A stretch of DNA of 64,000 nt from Bacteroidota bacterium (GTDB taxonomy: Bacteria > Bacteroidota > Bacteroidia > Bacteroidales > FEN-979): positions 38,122 through 102,121 of the forward strand of contig JBAXVX010000012.1 of assembly GCA_037128705.1 (NCBI GenBank), in the 5' to 3' direction. Under the pieces are notes generated by a model, which was not told where the DNA came from, did no database searches, and saw only the letters and a program-made list of their open reading frames with translations. A program made the translations under genes and the position numbers. This document shows positions 59,320 through 64,000 of the stretch, in pieces (positions within the stretch are counted from its first letter, which is position 1; every line of letters starts with the position of its first letter).

Positions 59320-60657
59320 ATGAAAAAAAATGTAATTATTATTGGTGCTGCCGGAAGAGATTTTCACAATTTCAACACGTATTATCGCGATAACGCAGAT
59401 TTTAACGTGGTAGCCTTTACGGCTGCTCAAATTCCGGACATAGATGGAAGAAAATATCCTGCCGCACTGGCTGGAAAATTGTATCCCAAAGGCATTCCCA
59501 TCTATGCTGAATCAGAACTGGTCGCCCTGATCAAAAAACACAATGTTGAGATCTGCAACTTTGCATACAGCGATGTTCCCTATCAAAGGGTTATGAACGT
59601 CAGTTCCGTTGTAAATGCGGCAGGTGCCAATTTCCTGTTGATCGGTCCGAAGGACACCATGATCAAAAGCACCAAGCCTGTTATTGCAGTTGGTGCCACC
59701 CGCACCGGTTGTGGAAAAAGCCAGACCTCCCGCAGGATCATCGAGATCCTGATGGCGAAAGGTTTAAAAGTTGTTGCGGTTCGTCACCCGATGCCTTATG
59801 GAGACCTTGTTGCACAGAAGGTTCAGCGCTTTGCCACGGTTAAAGACCTTGCCAAGCATAAATGCACCATCGAAGAGATGGAAGAATATGAACCCCATGT
59901 TGACCGCGGAAATGTAATCTATGCCGGGGTTGATTATGAGGCCATCCTGCGTGCTGCCGAGAAAGATCCATCCGGTTGTGACATCATCCTCTGGGATGGC
60001 GGCAACAACGACTTCCCCTTCTACAAGCCCGATCTGATGGTCACCGTTGCCGATCCACATCGCCCGGGTGCAGAAATGAGCTACTATCCCGGTGAAGTCA
60101 ATATCCGCATTGCAGATGTTGTCGTACTCAACAAAATCGACACTGCCTCCTCGGAAAACATCACGACCGTTCGCAATAACATCCAGAAGATCAATCCGAA
60201 GGCTATCGTTGTGGATGGTGCATCCCCGATCCGCGTGGATGATGAATCCCTCATCCGCGGAAAGCGGGTTCTGGTCATTGAAGACGGCCCCACCCTCACC
60301 CATGGTGAAATGAAGATCGGAGCCGGTACTGTTGCTGCACAGAAATACGGTGCTGCCGAAATGGTTGATCCGCGTCAGTATGCTGTGGGTAAATTGGCTG
60401 AAACGTTCAGAATCTACCCCAACATTGGCCAGTTGCTGCCCGCCATGGGTTACGGTGATCAGCAGGTGAAGGATCTCGAAGCGACCATCAACAAGGTGCC
60501 TTGCGATTCTGTCATCATTGCCACCCCGATCGATCTAAACCGCCTGGTGAAAATCAAAAAACCGAACACCCGGGTTTATTATGATCTCCAGGAAATCGGG
60601 AAACCCGACCTGACTGATATCCTGAATGGTTTTCTGAAAAAACACAAAATAAAATAG
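59320..60657 (+). CDS. P-loop protein of the family annotated GTPase / cyclic 2,3-diphosphoglycerate synthetase-like; probable arginine synthetase (ArcE-like)
   Basis: IIGAAGRDFHNFN, FTAAQIPDI, TRTGCGKSQT Walker A, RHPMPYGDL, TIEEMEEYEPH, WDGGNNDFPF, EDGPTLTHG, LPAMGY. Confidence 0.75.
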   Translation: MKKNVIIIGAAGRDFHNFNTYYRDNADFNVVAFTAAQIPDIDGRKYPAALAGKLYPKGIPIYAESELVALIKKHNVEICNFAYSDVPYQRVMNVSSVVNAAGANFLLIGPKDTMIKSTKPVIAVGATRTGCGKSQTSRRIIEILMAKGLKVVAVRHPMPYGDLVAQKVQRFATVKDLAKHKCTIEEMEEYEPHVDRGNVIYAGVDYEAILRAAEKDPSGCDIILWDGGNNDFPFYKPDLMVTVADPHRPGAEMSYYPGEVNIRIADVVVLNKIDTASSENITTVRNNIQKINPKAIVVDGASPIRVDDESLIRGKRVLVIEDGPTLTHGEMKIGAGTVAAQKYGAAEMVDPRQYAVGKLAETFRIYPNIGQLLPAMGYGDQQVKDLEATINKVPCDSVIIATPIDLNRLVKIKKPNTRVYYDLQEIGKPDLTDILNGFLKKHKIK

Positions 60658-60663
60658 TTATTC

Positions 60664-60693
60664 AAATCCCGGTCGTTGCCGGGATTTTTTTTT
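60664..60693 (+). terminator. Intrinsic terminator overlapping the putative pyrB -7 element
   Basis: AAATCCCGG-tcgttg-CCGGGATTT plus T tract; TAATTTTG at 60693-60700. Confidence 0.75.
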
Positions 60694-60733
60694 AATTTTG
60701 GCAGGATCAATATCAACCGTTAACATCCAGATA

Positions 60734-61645
60734 ATGAAAAACAAAAGCTTAATTTCCATCAATGATTTTACCCGGGAGGAGCACATCCGCATCCTCGAAC
60801 TTGCCGGTGCTTTTGAGAAGCGTCCAAAGCAGCGGATTCTTCAGGATTTCGTTGTTGCCACGCTGTTTTTCGAACCCTCCACCCGCACCAGGCTGAGTTT
60901 TGAAAGTGCCGCAACCCAACTGGGAGCCAAGGTTATCGGTTTCAGCGACGCATCCAGTTCAAGTGTGCAAAAGGGAGAATCATTGCGCGATACCATCCTC
61001 ACGGTTTCAAACTACTGTGATATCATCGTGATGCGCCATCCCCGTGAAGGAAGTGCACGGTTTGCCAGTGAGGTGTCGAAAGTCCCGGTGATCAATGCCG
61101 GTGACGGTGCAAATCAGCATCCGACTCAAACTTTACTGGATATGTATTCTATCAGGAAAACCCAGGGGACGCTCGACAACCTGAACATCGCCTTTGTCGG
61201 CGACCTCAAGTATGGAAGAACGGTACATTCACTGGTCCAGGCGCTTTGTCATTACAATACCACATTCCACCTAGTCTCCCCGATTGAGCTGAAATTACCC
61301 AGCGCTGTAAAAATAGACATCAAGAAAAGCAACCTCGTCTACCATCAGTCGACCGATCTTCACGACGTCATTCCCAAAGTGGATATTCTCTACATGACGC
61401 GAATTCAGAAAGAACGGTTTTCTGACCCGCTCGATTATGAAAAGGTGAAAAACGCCTATGTACTCCACAACAATATGCTTGAGGGAACCAAGCCAAACCT
61501 GAAGATATTGCATCCACTGCCCCGGGTCAATGAAATCACCCCCGATGTGGATAACAATCCGAAGGCATACTATTTTACCCAAGCCCTTAACGGTGTTTTT
61601 GTAAGACAGGCTTTGCTTGCATCTATTCTGGGAGTTGCTGATTAA
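60734..61645 (+). CDS. pyrB: Aspartate carbamoyltransferase catalytic subunit
   Basis: FFEPSTRTRLSFE, KGESL, NAGDG, HPTQ, GDLKYGRT, RIQKER, HPLP. Confidence 0.98.
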   Translation: MKNKSLISINDFTREEHIRILELAGAFEKRPKQRILQDFVVATLFFEPSTRTRLSFESAATQLGAKVIGFSDASSSSVQKGESLRDTILTVSNYCDIIVMRHPREGSARFASEVSKVPVINAGDGANQHPTQTLLDMYSIRKTQGTLDNLNIAFVGDLKYGRTVHSLVQALCHYNTTFHLVSPIELKLPSAVKIDIKKSNLVYHQSTDLHDVIPKVDILYMTRIQKERFSDPLDYEKVKNAYVLHNNMLEGTKPNLKILHPLPRVNEITPDVDNNPKAYYFTQALNGVFVRQALLASILGVAD

Positions 61646-61662
61646 TCGATAAAACAAGAATC

Positions 61663-62130
61663 ATGGAAAAAGAAGATTTGAGAAAAGAACTGAAGGTATC
61701 GGCCATCGAAAATGGCACGGTTATCGACCATATCCCATCGAAAAGTGTGTTCCAGGTCATTAAAATCCTGAACCTGACCGAATACCAGAACCAGCTGCTG
61801 ATAGCCACCAACCTCGACAGTCAGAAAATGGGAAAAAAGGGCATCATCAAAGTCAGCAACAAATTTTTCAAAAGCGATGAAATCAATAAAATTGCGCTCG
61901 TTGCTCCTACCGCTACCCTGATCATCATTAAAAATTTCGAGGTCATTGAAAAGAAAAAAGTTGAAGTCCCCGGCTATGCCGAAAACATCGTAAAATGTTT
62001 TAATCCCAATTGCATCACCAACAATGAGGACATCGCCACCAAATTCACTGTGATCGATAAAAAGGATCTAAAGCTTCGTTGTCATTATTGTGAGAAGATC
62101 ACAGCCCGTGACAATATTTCTTTCCGTTGA
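61663..62130 (+). CDS. pyrI: Aspartate carbamoyltransferase regulatory subunit
   Basis: VSAIENGTVIDHI, CFNPNCIT and CHYCE zinc ligands. Confidence 0.97.
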   Translation: MEKEDLRKELKVSAIENGTVIDHIPSKSVFQVIKILNLTEYQNQLLIATNLDSQKMGKKGIIKVSNKFFKSDEINKIALVAPTATLIIIKNFEVIEKKKVEVPGYAENIVKCFNPNCITNNEDIATKFTVIDKKDLKLRCHYCEKITARDNISFR

Positions 62131-62783
62131 TGTTGCATCACATTACAAAACTGATTGCCGAAGGAGAACACCAGCGGCTTGATTTCAAATTTGAGATTGC
62201 TGATGCCCATAAAATTGCCCGCACGCTGGTGGCTTTTGCCAATACCGATGGCGGGCGATTGCTGGTTGGGGTGAAAGACAATGGGAACCTGGCTGGGGTG
62301 CGATCGGAAGAGGAGTTTTACATGGTCGAAGCAGCGGCAAAAATGTATTGCAAGCTGCCTGTCGGATTCAGTGTGAAAGAGTGGAACCTGAACAAAAAGA
62401 CCATTCTCGAGGTTATCATCCCGAAAAGCACAAACCGCCCCCACTATGCGCAGCAGCAGGACGGCACCTGGATAGCGTATCACCGTGTCAAGGATCAGAA
62501 TTTCGTCGTCAACAGAATCCTTATGCGGGTTTGGAAAAATGAAAATGCACCGCGTGGGGTTCTTTTGAAATTTACAGATGCCGAGCGGTTCCTGCTGGAT
62601 GACCTTGAAAAAAATGATTCCATTACTTTGTCAAAATTCACCCGATATGCGGGTATTTCCCGCAATAAAGCGGAAAGTATCCTCGTTAGGTTTTTATTAC
62701 TTAAGATGCTGGAAATGCACTTTACAGAGAATCAGACTTTTTTTACTTTGAGTCAGTCTGCGAAGCAACCGGAGATTACTTAA
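62127..62783 (+). CDS. Schlafen/AlbA_2 domain protein with C-terminal winged helix
   Basis: GEHQRLDFK, AFANTDGGRLLVGVKDNG; C-terminal ITLSKFTRYAGISRNKA. Confidence 0.85.
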   Translation: MMLHHITKLIAEGEHQRLDFKFEIADAHKIARTLVAFANTDGGRLLVGVKDNGNLAGVRSEEEFYMVEAAAKMYCKLPVGFSVKEWNLNKKTILEVIIPKSTNRPHYAQQQDGTWIAYHRVKDQNFVVNRILMRVWKNENAPRGVLLKFTDAERFLLDDLEKNDSITLSKFTRYAGISRNKAESILVRFLLLKMLEMHFTENQTFFTLSQSAKQPEIT

Positions 62784-62794
62784 CTTTGCATTTC

Positions 62795-63424
62795 ATGATG
62801 AAACAGATCATCCTATCGGCCATCATCCTAATTATTGCAGTTCCGCTGTTCTCCCAGACAAAACAGGCAGATACACTGGCAACTGATTCACCTCATTTAT
62901 TTCAACCCCGCAAATTCGATTACGGACTGACTCTTGGCTCGGAATTCACCTCCATTTCAGGATTCGGATCGGGACTGAGCACCTATGTAACGCCGCGAAT
63001 TTCATATAACGTGAGCAAACGGTTCAGCATTGGCGGCGGATTTAGCATCATACAGACAAATTATTTCGGAGCAAAATCCTATTTCCAGAATGAGCAAAAT
63101 TCCTTCAGCAATGGGAATTATACGAGCGCCGTACTCTTTGTAAGCGGACAATATCTTGTCAATGACCGGCTTACCATTTATGGTTCAGCTTTCAAACAAT
63201 TTCTGATCACCCAGGATCCTTTACCCTATAATCCGTTCAACCCCGTGTCGAAAAACGGAGCCCAGGGAATTGATTTCAATGTGAGCTACAGAGTTGGCAA
63301 GAATGTTATAATCCAGGGCAGTTTCCGGTATTCAGAAGGCATGAATCCCTACAATTGCAATCACAATTACATTGATCCTTTTCATTCAGGGTCCTTTATA
63401 CCGGGCGGCGGATTCGGAAGGTGA
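62795..63424 (+). CDS. Secreted hypothetical protein, possibly a small beta-barrel
   Basis: Signal peptide ending FS-Q, alternating beta-strand patterns; -7 element TAACTTTG at 62781-62788. Confidence 0.65.
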   Translation: MMKQIILSAIILIIAVPLFSQTKQADTLATDSPHLFQPRKFDYGLTLGSEFTSISGFGSGLSTYVTPRISYNVSKRFSIGGGFSIIQTNYFGAKSYFQNEQNSFSNGNYTSAVLFVSGQYLVNDRLTIYGSAFKQFLITQDPLPYNPFNPVSKNGAQGIDFNVSYRVGKNVIIQGSFRYSEGMNPYNCNHNYIDPFHSGSFIPGGGFGR

Positions 63425-63431
63425 AAACCCA

Positions 63432-64000
63432 TCACCTGCCCGGAAAATGATCAGCAATATATTTTAATGCTTCACTGATATCCATGGCATTGCTTGATGG
63501 TCCCACCCGGATGAAAAATTCCTCATTGAATCCGGGTTGTCTCAGAAACACCGGCCTGCTGCTCTGAAGGCATTGAACAACGCATACCATTTTTTCTTCC
63601 ATTTTTTCAAGGTGGGTTCTAAGGTAACGGCTCACCTCCCTTCCGAGGCAGGTACGGATCAAGGTCCACAGGTGCAGGAGGAATTTGTCCTCATTCACAA
63701 ACTTATCACTTTCAATCCCTTCGATGGATCCGTCATCACGAACGCCGATCAGCAGGGTTCCTCCCTTTGAATTAAGAAATGCTGAAATCGTTTTCAGACA
63801 GGCTCTTTCAACAGCCTGATTCGTTTTTCCTGCCCTGATATCCCAGCGAAGCGTTGATTTGAACTCGATGGCATCTGTTTCCCCCTGGTGGATCATGAGG
63901 TTCAACTGTTGTCCCACCTCGGATTTAAGCCTTGAACACTGAAGGAAATCCATTGCACAGGTCACATCCCGTACAATGGAATCATAGTACGATTCAGGCT
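63432..64000 (-). CDS. Protein with C-terminal Schlafen/AlbA_2 domain; 5' end lies outside the window
   Basis: GETDAIEFKSTLRWD, ISAFLNSKGGTLLIGVRDDG, FFIRVGPSS; frame stays open to the window edge. Confidence 0.85.
   Translation of the reverse strand, partial: PESYYDSIVRDVTCAMDFLQCSRLKSEVGQQLNLMIHQGETDAIEFKSTLRWDIRAGKTNQAVERACLKTISAFLNSKGGTLLIGVRDDGSIEGIESDKFVNEDKFLLHLWTLIRTCLGREVSRYLRTHLEKMEEKMVCVVQCLQSSRPVFLRQPGFNEEFFIRVGPSSNAMDISEALKYIADHFPGR

Noticed and set aside
59764-60303. 179-aa minus-strand ORF
   Set aside because: Antisense shadow of the ArcE-like gene, explained by codon bias.
60660-60733. Possible pyrBI attenuator (hairpin plus T tract upstream of pyrB)
   Set aside because: The hairpin starts 6 nt after the upstream stop and the pyrB -7 element lies downstream of it, so it is better read as an ordinary terminator; no leader peptide seen.
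1-64000. CRISPR arrays, tRNA/rRNA genes, IS elements, integrases, prophage genes, invertible promoters
   Set aside because: None found by reading: intergenic gaps are short, with no spaced direct repeats and no recombinase or transposase ORFs. A tRNAscan/Infernal run would be needed to exclude small RNAs.

Overview
Chromosomal window from a Bacteroidota genome, most likely an anaerobic Bacteroidales. Supporting signs are TAnnTTTG -7 promoter elements, T9SS cargo proteins, and the mutL-rhomboid-rhomboid-EEP and ndk-DHH-FKBP gene orders. No rRNA, tRNA, CRISPR array, integrase or transposase was seen. Housekeeping genes include mutL, uvrB, ndk, thrS-infC-rpmI-rplT, queE, folD, ffh, argS and pyrBI. 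The main accessory block is a ~22 kb co-oriented surface-polysaccharide locus (10459-32435) with unusual parts. It has a stand-alone receiver protein and a priming phosphoglycosyl transferase fused to a pseudo-receiver, with a CX2CX8CX11C insert. A half-length TolC-like protein sits where Wza is expected, next to a LysM-containing Wzc-like protein with degenerate kinase motifs. It also has Wzx, a Wzy/ligase-like protein, an uncalled 46-aa membrane peptide, seven glycosyltransferases (one fused to an acyltransferase), a T9SS beta-helix protein, a methyltransferase and two sensor-less hybrid kinases. No DNA-binding output domain is present, so signalling may act directly on polysaccharide initiation (inference). 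Other notable items: an ArcE/arginine-synthetase-like gene between argS and pyrBI; an AT-rich region with TTACAnnTGTAA boxes upstream of an XRE regulator; a 7-bp tandem repeat inside the signal peptide of a PorE-like OmpA protein; infC with an ATA start and a GGAGG motif; two Schlafen/AlbA_2 genes. All family calls come from motif recognition by eye; no searches were run.
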